Below are positions 11,734-21,226 of a stretch of 64,000 nucleotides of DNA, piece by piece. Under the pieces are notes generated by a model that made no database searches, was not told the origin of the DNA, and saw only the letters and a list, made by a program, of their open reading frames with translations. The stretch is from a bacterium (GTDB lineage: Bacteria; Patescibacteriota; Minisyncoccia; UBA6257; JAGOQP01): assembly GCA_021801825.1 (NCBI GenBank), contig JAJYXK010000007.1, forward strand, positions 24,509 through 88,508, written 5' to 3'. The position numbers were made by a program, and so were the translations under genes. Each line of letters begins with the position of its first letter. The stretch's first letter is position 1.

Positions 11734-13914
11734 ATGAACGAAGATTTTCTCAAACCATACAACCATTCACACGAAAAAGATATATATAACTCCTGGGAAA
11801 AGAGCGGTTTTTTTAACCCAGGAAATCTCACTCCTAATTCCTCGTCTCTCGCCCCTCGCCCCTTCTCTATTATCATGCCTCCTCCCAACTCCAATGGATC
11901 ATTACATGTGGGGCATGCGCTCACCATAACTGTGGAGGATTTGATGGTTCGCTATTGGCGCATGCGTGGAGCGCCAACATTATGGTTACCGGGTGCAGAT
12001 CATGCGGGATTTGAGACACAGGTGGTGTTTGAAAAAAGACTGGAAAAAGAAGGAACGAGTCGATTTGAGATACTGCAAAAACCCAATGGACGAGAAGAAC
12101 TATATAAACGCATTTGGGATTTTACACAAGAGAATAAGGTGCATATGGAGCATCAAATTCGTCAGCTGGGAGCATCCTGTGATTGGAGTAAGGAAACCTT
12201 TACCCTTGATCCAAAAATTGTAGCAACGGTGTATGAAACCTTTAAAAAATTGTACGACGACGGACTAATTTATCGCGATACGCGCATTGTAAATTGGTGT
12301 CCAAAACATCAAACGACTCTCTCTGATTTGGAGGTAAAATATGAAGAACGAGTTGATCCGTTGTATTACGTAAAGTACGGTCCAATTACTTTGGCGACCG
12401 TACGGTTAGAAACGAAATTCGGTGATACGGCCATCGCAGTGCACCCGAGTGATGCGCGCTATAAGGATTTAATAGGAACAGAAATAGAAGTAGAAGCAAT
12501 CGCGGGGAAAACAAAAATAAAAATTATTGCTGATGAACATGTGGATCCGACATTTGGTACCGGGGCGGTGAAGGTGACTCCTGCGCATGATGCGGATGAT
12601 TATGCGATCTGGCAACGACACAAGGATGAAATTGATGGCCCCAGGCCAGTCATTGATCAGTGGGGTAAAATGTCTTTATTGGCATATTTTGCGGATAACG
12701 CCGACGTAATGAAATATGAAGGTCTTAGAATTGCGGAAGCGCGTAAACACATCGCGCACGACATGCAGGAGAAAGGATTAATTGAAAAAGTTGAAGAACA
12801 ATATAAACATAACGTGGCGTTGTGTTATAAATGTGGAGCAGTTTTGGAACCACGAGTACTTCCGCAATGGTTTATCGATCTCACTAAAGAAGGCGTTAAA
12901 AAAATAGTGCAACCGGCAATTGACGCGGTAAAAAGTAAAAAGATACAAATAATCCCCGAGTTTCAGGAAAAGATATTTTTACACTGGATGGAAAATATTC
13001 GCGACTGGAATATTTCACGACAAATTGTGTGGGGGATTCCGATACCAGCGTGGTATAAAGAAAACTCAAAACTAGGAGAGAGGGAAGAAATTTATATTGG
13101 AAAGGAAAAACCCCAAGATGATGGGTGGGTGCAAGAAACCGACGTGTTTGATACATGGTTTTCGTCAGGGCAGTGGCCGTTTGCAACATTACGCGCGCAT
13201 GGATTAGAAAAAGAGTTCTATCCTACGAGTGTTATGGAGACGGCATATGATATTTTGTTCTTCTGGGTGGCACGCATGATAATGCTCGGGCTCTATATTA
13301 CGGGAGAAGTTCCTTTTAAGACGGTTTATTTGCATGGATTGGTGCGCGATAAAGACAAACAAAAAATGTCTAAGTCAAAAGGAAATGTGGTTGATCCGCT
13401 GGGCATTGTGGAACAATATGGCGCGGATGCGTTACGCATGGCATTGTTAGTTGGAAACTCTCCGGGGCAGGATGCAAGTTTTGATGAGGCAAAGGTAAAA
13501 GGATATAGAAATTTTTCTAATAAACTATGGAATATTGCGCGCTTTGTATTGTCACAAGGCGCAATTCCCAATAACTCTTCGGATATATCAAGCGAAGATA
13601 AGAAATATATAGAGCGTATGCAAGAGGTAAAAAAAGAAGTGGCAGAAAATATTGAGAAATACCGTTTCTCGCAAGCGGCAGAAATCGCATATCATTATGT
13701 GTGGCATGAGTTTGCAGATAAAATTATTGAAGAAAAGAAAAAAGATATTATTGAAGGGGATGAACAAAAAGGGAATTCAGCTCGTCACGTGTTGTATGTG
13801 CTACTTACGGAATCATTAAAAATATTACATCCGTTTATGCCATTTGTGACCGAGGCGATTTATACGCGACTACCTCATAAGAACGCGGAATTTCTCATGA
13901 TTGAGGAATGGTAA
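11734..13914 (+). CDS. valS: Valyl-tRNA synthetase (short form, 727 aa, lacks C-terminal coiled-coil)
   Basis: PPPNSNGSLHVGHAL (HIGH), DTWFSSGQWPF (ValRS hallmark), KMSKSKGNVVDP; ORF track start TTG 11698, ATG 11734 preferred. Confidence 0.85.
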   Translation: MNEDFLKPYNHSHEKDIYNSWEKSGFFNPGNLTPNSSSLAPRPFSIIMPPPNSNGSLHVGHALTITVEDLMVRYWRMRGAPTLWLPGADHAGFETQVVFEKRLEKEGTSRFEILQKPNGREELYKRIWDFTQENKVHMEHQIRQLGASCDWSKETFTLDPKIVATVYETFKKLYDDGLIYRDTRIVNWCPKHQTTLSDLEVKYEERVDPLYYVKYGPITLATVRLETKFGDTAIAVHPSDARYKDLIGTEIEVEAIAGKTKIKIIADEHVDPTFGTGAVKVTPAHDADDYAIWQRHKDEIDGPRPVIDQWGKMSLLAYFADNADVMKYEGLRIAEARKHIAHDMQEKGLIEKVEEQYKHNVALCYKCGAVLEPRVLPQWFIDLTKEGVKKIVQPAIDAVKSKKIQIIPEFQEKIFLHWMENIRDWNISRQIVWGIPIPAWYKENSKLGEREEIYIGKEKPQDDGWVQETDVFDTWFSSGQWPFATLRAHGLEKEFYPTSVMETAYDILFFWVARMIMLGLYITGEVPFKTVYLHGLVRDKDKQKMSKSKGNVVDPLGIVEQYGADALRMALLVGNSPGQDASFDEAKVKGYRNFSNKLWNIARFVLSQGAIPNNSSDISSEDKKYIERMQEVKKEVAENIEKYRFSQAAEIAYHYVWHEFADKIIEEKKKDIIEGDEQKGNSARHVLYVLLTESLKILHPFMPFVTEAIYTRLPHKNAEFLMIEEW

Positions 13915-13994
13915 AGCTAGTTTGATTTTTCAACATAGAAGTTTTATAGTACAAGTGGTTATTTTATTTTCTCACTAAATAAGTAGGAGTTAAT

Positions 13995-14225
13995 ATGGAT
14001 AAGCTTGACGAGCTTTTTGAGGTTGTGTTCGGATACCAGGGTCACGATCTCAGCTGCGATGAAAAGTTTAATATGCTTCAGAAGAAAGCATATGAAATAG
14101 GCGACAGGGCCACGCTTACCGAACTTGAACGAATCAAGGATTCCGAGGAGATACAATTTTCTTCGGAAACACTGCTTGGTTTTGAAGACTCATTACATTT
14201 TTTAGCTCCTCACCCGATATTTTAA
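13995..14225 (+). CDS. Small hypothetical protein (76 aa)
   Basis: Strong RBS (aagtaggag-N5-ATG), terminator immediately downstream. Confidence 0.45.
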   Translation: MDKLDELFEVVFGYQGHDLSCDEKFNMLQKKAYEIGDRATLTELERIKDSEEIQFSSETLLGFEDSLHFLAPHPIF

Positions 14226-14232
14226 GGGTAAA

Positions 14233-14261
14233 AGAGGCCGGTTCGTCCGGCCCTTTTTGTT
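14233..14261 (+). terminator. Rho-independent terminator (ggccgg-ttcgt-ccggcc + ctttttgtt)
   Basis: GC stem with T-run. Confidence 0.55.
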
Positions 14262-14289
14262 AAGCGTTTCAGCAATATAAGAAAAATTT

Positions 14290-14928
14290 TTGGACTTTTT
14301 TTCATTTTTAGTATATGGTACTATTCCACTAAGAATTATATTTATGAGAGAAGGATTGTTTAGAAAAATATATGAACAAACCCCACAGGAAAAAGGGAAT
14401 CTTGAGATTACTCCAGGGGGAGAAATAATACGACGGGAAGAAAATGGTGAATTAGTTGACCAAGAGATAGATAATACGGTGGCGCAAGAAGAGATGGCAC
14501 AGGAGGCCATGGATGATGTTGTAGAAGTATTAAATAAAGAGTTAAACCTTATCATCCCGCGCGCAATTGAAAAACCGGACGATTTTAAAAAACAATTTGA
14601 GGAGGATCTGGAACATGAATCAGTTGATAGAATTTTAAATGTAGTAGATAAAAACATAAAAGCATTGTCTCGCGCGTATGATAAACTAGATGATGCATAC
14701 GACGAGGTTCTTAACCAGCGATTAGATTATAGAGATATTGCCGATGCGGGAGTGAATAGAGAAATGAAAAAGCGATTAGATGATCGAATTCATAAACTGC
14801 AGGCACACAAAAAAACAACGCATGAGTTGATTGAATATCTTGATGCAAAACGAGCGGAAAGTCTTCTTCGTGGAGAAAAAGAAGGGTTCTTCTCTGGTTA
14901 TGGAGAAGATGAAAATACTGATGAATAA
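14290..14928 (+). CDS. Acidic, coiled-coil-rich hypothetical protein (alternative start 14344)
   Basis: ORF track; charged low-complexity sequence; hairpin terminator-like structure 14940..14975. Confidence 0.45.
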   Translation: MDFFSFLVYGTIPLRIIFMREGLFRKIYEQTPQEKGNLEITPGGEIIRREENGELVDQEIDNTVAQEEMAQEAMDDVVEVLNKELNLIIPRAIEKPDDFKKQFEEDLEHESVDRILNVVDKNIKALSRAYDKLDDAYDEVLNQRLDYRDIADAGVNREMKKRLDDRIHKLQAHKKTTHELIEYLDAKRAESLLRGEKEGFFSGYGEDENTDE

Positions 14929-14977
14929 TATGTGCCACGCTACTCTGTGTAGTGTGGCATTCTATAAATAAAATAGT

Positions 14978-15211
14978 ATGGATAGATTTATTAATGAAAT
15001 AAAGCAAAGAAAAACAGAAGTGAGAATGGACGATTTTTCGGAAGAGAAGCGGCAGTTAAAAGAGTCTCAGGTAACCCCAAAACCTCCAGTGGCTGTGTCG
15101 GGAAATCTTGTTTCTTCGTCGTGTAGTGTCACCAGGCCTGCGGTAATCATTCAGAAGTCAAGAAAAAATAAACGAACCGTGTATGTCAAAAAATATAACT
15201 GTGCGGCATAA
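14978..15211 (+). CDS. Small basic hypothetical protein (overlaps murD start by 29 nt)
   Basis: ORF track only; no strong RBS. Confidence 0.25.
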   Translation: MDRFINEIKQRKTEVRMDDFSEEKRQLKESQVTPKPPVAVSGNLVSSSCSVTRPAVIIQKSRKNKRTVYVKKYNCAA

Positions 15212-16604
15212 GAAAGTTTTGTTGGTGGGATTAGGAAGATTAGGTGGGGGAGTCGCTGCGGCGCGATTTTTTGTTGAACAGGGGGCGCGGTTAACGGTTT
15301 CAGACGCATTAACAAAAGACATATTGCGTCCCTCTCTGAACAAATTAAAATATCTTCCCATTAAATATGAATTAGGTATAAAAACTCCGACTCATATATC
15401 TGGTTATGATATGGTGGTGTGTAACCAGGCGATTTCGATCAATAGTGAGGTGGTGCGATTAGTAAAAAAAGCGCGTATTCCTTATTTTAATGATTTCACG
15501 ACACTATTGAATCTTTTAGAAAAAACCCCACATCGTCCATATATTGGGGTGACGGGTACACGAGGAAAGACTACGGTGACCACATGGATTGGGCATCTGA
15601 TAAAGCCGTCCATTGTAGGAGGAAATATGCCTCGGAATGGATCATTTACTATATTTAATAAGATAAAAAATAAACCAAACCTCCCCGTGGCACTAGAACT
15701 TTCTTCATTTCAACTTGAATATGTGCAAAAAGGAATGGAGCCCCCTCGCGTTGCGGTTGTGACAAATCTATATCAGGATCACTTGAATAGGCATGGAACT
15801 ATGGAGGAATATGCTCGTTGTAAAGCAAATTTATTTATAAACCAATCTTCTAAAGATGTACTTATTTTAAATGCTGATGATGCATATACGAAAAAATTTC
15901 TTTCTTTTAAACCGAAGGCGACGGTGTGGATGGTGTCCCGTAAAAAACTTTCTAAAGGAATGTGGGGCATGTATGAACAAAAGGGGATTTGTTATTTACA
16001 AGATGCATCTGGTGTAAGAGAAATTATTCATGTGCCAGAGGGTTTTAAAGACCATCAAATATATAATCTAATGGAGGCATTATGCGCAGCTCGGGCATAT
16101 GGAAGAGAGTGGAGTTCTATTGTTAAACGGATAGCGACACTTCCCCAAATTCCATTTCGGCAACAAATTGTCTTACAAACCAAAAAATATGTCGTTATAA
16201 ATGACTCGGCGGCGACAAGTCCGGAGGGGGCAGTGGCTGCCATTCGGGCGCATGTTCCTGAGGACGGGGCATATGCATACATTTGTGGTGGAACAGATAA
16301 ACAACTAGACTTCTCTATTTTAGCACGAACTATTAAAGAAAAAGTTAATCCAAAAAAAATATTTTTATTGCAGGGAAGCGGGACGCAAAAACTCATAGAA
16401 GCATTGAAAAAAGAAAAATATAATTTTATTACAGATCATATTTTTGAAACGCTTGAAGAGTTAGTATTGTCGGTCCGTCGTAATACTCCACGAGGTATAA
16501 TTATTTTTTCACCCGCTTGTGCAAGCTTTGAAAAATTCAAAAACGAGTTTCATAGAGGAAGACAGTTTACAAAATTAGTAAAGAGGTATTTTGCTAAGAA
16601 TTAA
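15183..16604 (+). CDS. murD: UDP-N-acetylmuramoylalanine--D-glutamate ligase-like Mur ligase
   Basis: N-terminal Rossmann VLLVGLGRLGGGVAAARFF, ATP P-loop GVTGTRGKTT, Mur-ligase central and C-terminal regions. Confidence 0.7.
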   Translation: MSKNITVRHKKVLLVGLGRLGGGVAAARFFVEQGARLTVSDALTKDILRPSLNKLKYLPIKYELGIKTPTHISGYDMVVCNQAISINSEVVRLVKKARIPYFNDFTTLLNLLEKTPHRPYIGVTGTRGKTTVTTWIGHLIKPSIVGGNMPRNGSFTIFNKIKNKPNLPVALELSSFQLEYVQKGMEPPRVAVVTNLYQDHLNRHGTMEEYARCKANLFINQSSKDVLILNADDAYTKKFLSFKPKATVWMVSRKKLSKGMWGMYEQKGICYLQDASGVREIIHVPEGFKDHQIYNLMEALCAARAYGREWSSIVKRIATLPQIPFRQQIVLQTKKYVVINDSAATSPEGAVAAIRAHVPEDGAYAYICGGTDKQLDFSILARTIKEKVNPKKIFLLQGSGTQKLIEALKKEKYNFITDHIFETLEELVLSVRRNTPRGIIIFSPACASFEKFKNEFHRGRQFTKLVKRYFAKN

Positions 16605-16648
16605 AGCCATTTTTTGACTATGTGGGATAAAAATGGTATTATAAAAAC

Positions 16649-17377
16649 ATGAATTGGATACTAGCGTTGCTGTTGGGGTTTATTCCGGGGCTGGTATGGC
16701 TTATGTTCTTTCTTCGCGAAGATGAACATCCAGAGCCGTCAAAAATGATTATCGCCGCTTTTGCGTCCGGTGGTATCGCGGCGTTTGTCTCTCTTTTTCT
16801 TGAAGCGATATCTTCAGGAATGTTAGAAAAGTTGATTATTACACTTCCTCGTGTTTTTGAGAGTAATATTAGTGTATTTGTGGGATTTGCAATTATTGAA
16901 GAAGTGGTAAAGTTTTTACTTATATTTGCGCTTATACGAAGAAGTAAATATTTTGACGAACCAGTGGATGCAATGATCTATATGATGACGGGAGCCCTAG
17001 GGTTTGCGACAGTTGAGAATGTTGTTATTACGTACCAAAATGGACTCGCTGATGCAACAACGCTTATTTTAGTTCGATTTGTAGGGGCAACACTTTTACA
17101 CGCGCTTGCCTCGGGTATTATTGGCCACTATTGGGCACGAGGAATTGTATTTAAAATGGAGGCAAAGTTTATTGTTGCGGGGGTAATTATGGCATCAGTA
17201 TTTCACAGTATGTTTAATATGTTAGTCACGAAATTTAGCGATTATCTAGTCTATCCACTCGCAGTCCTTTTATTAATTGGATTTTTCGTATTGTATGATT
17301 TTGAAGAACTAAAGAAATTAGCGCAAAATAATGTTGCGCCGGTTTCTTCGCGGGAAGATACTATAAACCCTGTTTGA
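16649..17377 (+). CDS. PrsW-family intramembrane protease
   Basis: Multi-TM; EEVVKF and GFATVEN motifs typical of PrsW family (family knowledge). Confidence 0.6.
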   Translation: MNWILALLLGFIPGLVWLMFFLREDEHPEPSKMIIAAFASGGIAAFVSLFLEAISSGMLEKLIITLPRVFESNISVFVGFAIIEEVVKFLLIFALIRRSKYFDEPVDAMIYMMTGALGFATVENVVITYQNGLADATTLILVRFVGATLLHALASGIIGHYWARGIVFKMEAKFIVAGVIMASVFHSMFNMLVTKFSDYLVYPLAVLLLIGFFVLYDFEELKKLAQNNVAPVSSREDTINPV

Positions 17378-17447
17378 TGTATCTTGGAGAGTGGGGTATA
17401 CTAAAAGAATATTAGTGATAAATATTTAGTATTAAGGAATTTAATTT

Positions 17448-17945
17448 ATGACCGATAACAAAGATTTTTTTGAACAATTGGCGGGTGTAAAAGCCGAAAA
17501 CGAAGAAGCGGAAGCAGAATTGGTACGCGCAAGCAAAGTGTCTGCGGTCGCGCAGGGCGAAGAAGCAGTGGTGGCAACTAAAAGTGGATTTGCTGAGGTT
17601 GGGTTTGATGATGCTGAAGGACACTTATTGATTGATGTATATCATGATGCGGAAACCATCACGATTGAATCAGCTATTGCGGGTGTTGAATCTGATGATT
17701 TGGATATTTCCATTACTCCTGAATCAGTAGTTATCAAGGGGACACGCAATCGCAAAGATAAGGTACATAAAAATAGTTTCTTACATCAAGAATGTTTTTG
17801 GGGAAAGTTTTCTCGTTCCATTATTTTACCGCAAGAAATTGACCCCGACACCGCTCAAGCAGGACTGAAAGATGGGGTGTTAAAGATTGTATTACCGAAA
17901 ATACACAGAGGACAAGGGAAGAAAATAAAGGTAAAGCTAGACTAG
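17448..17945 (+). CDS. Hsp20/alpha-crystallin small heat-shock protein
   Basis: Alpha-crystallin domain ending GVLKIVLPK. Confidence 0.8.
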   Translation: MTDNKDFFEQLAGVKAENEEAEAELVRASKVSAVAQGEEAVVATKSGFAEVGFDDAEGHLLIDVYHDAETITIESAIAGVESDDLDISITPESVVIKGTRNRKDKVHKNSFLHQECFWGKFSRSIILPQEIDPDTAQAGLKDGVLKIVLPKIHRGQGKKIKVKLD

Positions 17946-17989
17946 TGATTAGGGGCTAGGGGATAGTGTTTAGTAAATAGCGAATAAAA

Positions 17990-18020
17990 GAGTGGCCCTA
18001 GGGGCCACTCTTTATTTATT
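17990..18020. terminator. Bidirectional terminator between hsp20 (+) and recG (-) (gagtggccc-tag-gggccactc + TTTATTTATT)
   Basis: Perfect 9-bp stem. Confidence 0.55.
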
Positions 18021-20157
18021 CCAAATGTATTTTTTGTTCAAATAACTTAAGATATTCCGCAAGATAAGGATATTTTTTTAGCTCAGGATCTTGTTTGAGT
18101 AAGGATTGGACTGATTCATACACATTTTTTACCATATGGGGGTTCTGCATCGCCTTCATAGCTAAATCAGGAATTCCAGTTTGCTCGGTTCCTAAAAATT
18201 GTCCTGGTCCACGGAATTTTAAATCCATTTCGGCGAGCTCAAAACCATTTTTTGCCTTGATAAGCGCCTTGAGTCGCTCCATGGTTATCTTTGATCTGCT
18301 TTCGGTGAACAAGAAACAGTAAGATTGGTGTTCTCCTCGCCCGACACGCCCGCGAAATTGATATAGTTGAGAGAGTCCAAAATATTCGGAACCTTCTATC
18401 ATCATAATAGTTGCATTCGGCACATCTACGCCAACTTCAATAACTGAGGTGGATACTAATACGTCTATAGTTCCGTTCTTGAAACCACTCATCATCTTTT
18501 GTTTCTCATCAGACTTCATTTGTCCATGAAGCATGCCAACGCGAAGATCTTTGAAAACAGTCTTTGATAGTTTTTTATACTCTTCCTCAACATTTTTTAC
18601 ATCTAATTGAAGCAGTTGCCGTGGGGTTAATTTTTGTTCGGGATCTAGTGATGCAATGCGGGGGCATACCACATATACTTGTCTTCCCGTTTTTGCCTGC
18701 TGGTGAATAAATGCATATGCTTGTTGGCGATGTAGCGCGGGAACGATGCGTGTGTCAATTGGTTTTCTATTTTTGGGAAGCTCATTGATGATAGATAATT
18801 CTAGATCTCCCAGCAAAGTGAGCGAGAGGGTTCGAGGGATAGGTGTTGCCGACATACTGAGTAAGTGAGGATGATGTGTTTGTGTGCGGCTGAGCAGCGC
18901 GGCTCTTTGGTGAACACCAAAACGATGTTGTTCGTCTATTACCAGCAAACCAACATCATCAAAAGCAACATTTTTTTGTATAACTGAGTGAGTTCCGATA
19001 ACAATTTTGATTTTTCCTGAGGCAATGTGTGTTAGTAATTCTTTTTTTGATATATCTCGCTCTAATTCTTTGCCAAAAAAAACGGTGGTATGATTTGAGG
19101 TGAGGAGCGCAACGCCATGGGAAAATTCTTCAAAAAATGAAGTGAACGTATGATAATGTTGTTGGGCTAATACCTCAGTGGGAGCCATAAATACTGCCTG
19201 TTTCTGATGTGAGGCGACTACTAATGCCGCCATGGCGGCAACTACGGTCTTCCCTGACCCCACGTCTCCTTGGAGTAATCTGTGCGTTGCATGTGACTTT
19301 GAGATGTCCTCTAATATGTCATATAAGGCTTTTTTTTGCCCCGGCGTACACTCAAAAGGAAGATATGAAAAATATTTTTTTATCTGTTCTGGGGTATACG
19401 GAAGTGCGTGCGCTGGTTTTTGGGCAAGGTGATATTTCTCTTTCGTCTTTATTAATTGCAGGAGAAATAAATCTTGAAACGCGAATCGCTTCTGTGCTTC
19501 TTCGGCCTCTGTAAGTGATGCAGGGCGGTGTATATGTTCTAATGCGTCTGAAAGAGTGGGAAATGAATTCTTGTTAAGAATTTCTTGCGGAAGAAATTCT
19601 GGTAATGATGATGCGAGAGGTAGCACCTTCTCCATAACAAATCGTATTCCCTTAGAAGTAATTCCTTTTGTCTCGGAATAAATAGGAACCAGTTTCCCTG
19701 TATGCCGAGGAACGTATGAATCACGAGAAATTATCTCAAACTCGGGACTTTGAAATTGCAGTTTTTTACCCTGCATTTTAACGATACCAGCAATGTTTAT
19801 AGAGATACCCTCTTTTAATTGCGTGAGTAAATGTCTTTGATTAAACCACACTACCTCAATAGATCCTGATTCATCGGCAACACGCGCGGTAATAACTAAT
19901 AATTTTTTATAAAATGTTTTTGATATTGAGATTTTTTCAATTACTCCATGCACCGTTGCCACTTCGTTGGAAGATAATCCTGCAATGGATTTTATATTTG
20001 AAAAATCTTGATAGCGAAAGGGAAAATAATAAAGTAAATCTTTTACTGTTTTCAAGCCGAGTCGTTCAAGTCGTTCTGCAAACACGGGGCCAATACCATG
20101 TACGGTTGAAAGAGGGGTGATAAGAGTGTTTTCCTTCATGTGCATAGTATAGCACAT
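18016..20157 (-). CDS. recG: ATP-dependent DNA helicase RecG
   Basis: N-terminal wedge region, helicase motif I GDVGSGKTVVAAMA, DEQHRFG, C-terminal helicase domain. Confidence 0.85.
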   Translation of the reverse strand: MCYTMHMKENTLITPLSTVHGIGPVFAERLERLGLKTVKDLLYYFPFRYQDFSNIKSIAGLSSNEVATVHGVIEKISISKTFYKKLLVITARVADESGSIEVVWFNQRHLLTQLKEGISINIAGIVKMQGKKLQFQSPEFEIISRDSYVPRHTGKLVPIYSETKGITSKGIRFVMEKVLPLASSLPEFLPQEILNKNSFPTLSDALEHIHRPASLTEAEEAQKRFAFQDLFLLQLIKTKEKYHLAQKPAHALPYTPEQIKKYFSYLPFECTPGQKKALYDILEDISKSHATHRLLQGDVGSGKTVVAAMAALVVASHQKQAVFMAPTEVLAQQHYHTFTSFFEEFSHGVALLTSNHTTVFFGKELERDISKKELLTHIASGKIKIVIGTHSVIQKNVAFDDVGLLVIDEQHRFGVHQRAALLSRTQTHHPHLLSMSATPIPRTLSLTLLGDLELSIINELPKNRKPIDTRIVPALHRQQAYAFIHQQAKTGRQVYVVCPRIASLDPEQKLTPRQLLQLDVKNVEEEYKKLSKTVFKDLRVGMLHGQMKSDEKQKMMSGFKNGTIDVLVSTSVIEVGVDVPNATIMMIEGSEYFGLSQLYQFRGRVGRGEHQSYCFLFTESRSKITMERLKALIKAKNGFELAEMDLKFRGPGQFLGTEQTGIPDLAMKAMQNPHMVKNVYESVQSLLKQDPELKKYPYLAEYLKLFEQKIHLE

Positions 20158-20218
20158 TGACTCGCGGGTGTTTTTTAGGTATTCTCGTAAAACATCTTAT
20201 ATCTATGAAGGAGGTAAC

Positions 20219-20434
20219 ATGGAAGGAGCGATAGATATTAATAGCACCTTTTTGATGGGAGGGGTCATCAATGAGAGCGTCTTTGATGCTCTTGAAGAGG
20301 ACGTGTTAGAGAAAGAATCTTCGGAGTTTGAAAATTTCTTCTCAGAAATGGAGGATAAAAATTCCTTTAGCCTTCCCCCAATACAGTTTTTTTCACAAAA
20401 ACATGGAAATGGTCCCTCGGGACGATTTTCCTGA
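20219..20434 (+). CDS. Small acidic hypothetical protein (72 aa)
   Basis: Strong RBS gaaggaggtaac-ATG; ORF track 20168..20434 trimmed to Met18. Confidence 0.4.
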   Translation: MEGAIDINSTFLMGGVINESVFDALEEDVLEKESSEFENFFSEMEDKNSFSLPPIQFFSQKHGNGPSGRFS

Positions 20435-20526
20435 TAGTGATTTAGGTCAGATTTTTACTGACCGCCGCTCATTTAATGAGCGGTTTTGCTTAAATTATAA
20501 AGAGACATTCTTTCATAAAACAAAAT

Positions 20527-20552
20527 ACCTCTTACGAGGTATTTTGTTTTAT
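20527..20552. terminator. Hairpin (acctc-ttacg-aggt) flanked by T-runs on both strands; bidirectional terminator next to tRNA-Arg
   Basis: acctcttacgaggtattttgtttt. Confidence 0.35.
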
Positions 20553-20553
20553 G

Positions 20554-20625
20554 TGCACCCGAAGGGAATCGAACCCCTATTACAAGATCCGCAATCTTGC
20601 GTCCTATCCGTTGAACGACGGGTGC
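20554..20625 (-). tRNA. tRNA-Arg, anticodon GCG by manual folding (CCA not encoded)
   Basis: GCACCCG/CGGGTGC acceptor, D-stem GTTC/GGAC, anticodon stem CAAGA/TCTTG with loop TTGCGGA, T-arm AGGGG-TTCGATT-CCCTT; located next to argS. Confidence 0.75.
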
Positions 20626-20671
20626 TTATATCCGAGAACCATATCAAAAATAGGAATAGTTAGCAAGATCT

Positions 20672-21190
20672 CTAAATTCCTAGTATTTTTGAAACAGATT
20701 CAAAGAGTGAAATTTCTATATCTTTTTGTGGTAACTTTTTCTCTCGGAGCATGGCAACAATTTTTTCTCGGTCTCCTTTATAAACACGCATGTGGATAGG
20801 TGCTCGATTTTTATTTTTAAATGCAAAGAATATTTCTATATCGTCACTGGAAAATTCTTGTACGTTGAAATGACTCAATTCGTCGTATGAATATGAATCT
20901 TGATAGTTTCCAAAAATGATGTGAGAAGGAGTGAGTGAAAATTCATGCGAGTCAGGATGTTGTAAGGAAAGGAACAATAATGTCCCCGATGCGAGTATAA
21001 TAAAAATTCCAAACAAGAAATTTTTTTGCCAAATGGAAAAAAGCAACAATATAATCATTGCGGCGATAATCCATACAAAAAACCCAACCCCCCGCTCTTT
21101 GTGCTCATGACTGGGAATTTCCCAGGTGATGAGAGTTGTTTCGTCTTCGGACGTGATGGGTGTTTCTGGTTTGTTTTCCATATAACACAA
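20672..21190 (-). CDS. Membrane hypothetical protein (2 TM)
   Basis: ORF track; hydrophobic segments GFFVWIIAAMIILLLFSIW and LFGIFIILASGTLLFLSL. Confidence 0.45.
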   Translation of the reverse strand: MCYMENKPETPITSEDETTLITWEIPSHEHKERGVGFFVWIIAAMIILLLFSIWQKNFLFGIFIILASGTLLFLSLQHPDSHEFSLTPSHIIFGNYQDSYSYDELSHFNVQEFSSDDIEIFFAFKNKNRAPIHMRVYKGDREKIVAMLREKKLPQKDIEISLFESVSKILGI

Positions 21191-21226
21191 GTATAGCTTA
21201 AAAAAGAAATGTTGGAAATCACGCGG

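Noticed and set aside
18095-20120. Plus-strand ORFs 18095..18322, 19209..19514, 19232..19432, 19914..20120 and minus 19539..19724
   Set aside because: Embedded in or antisense to recG with no supporting signals.
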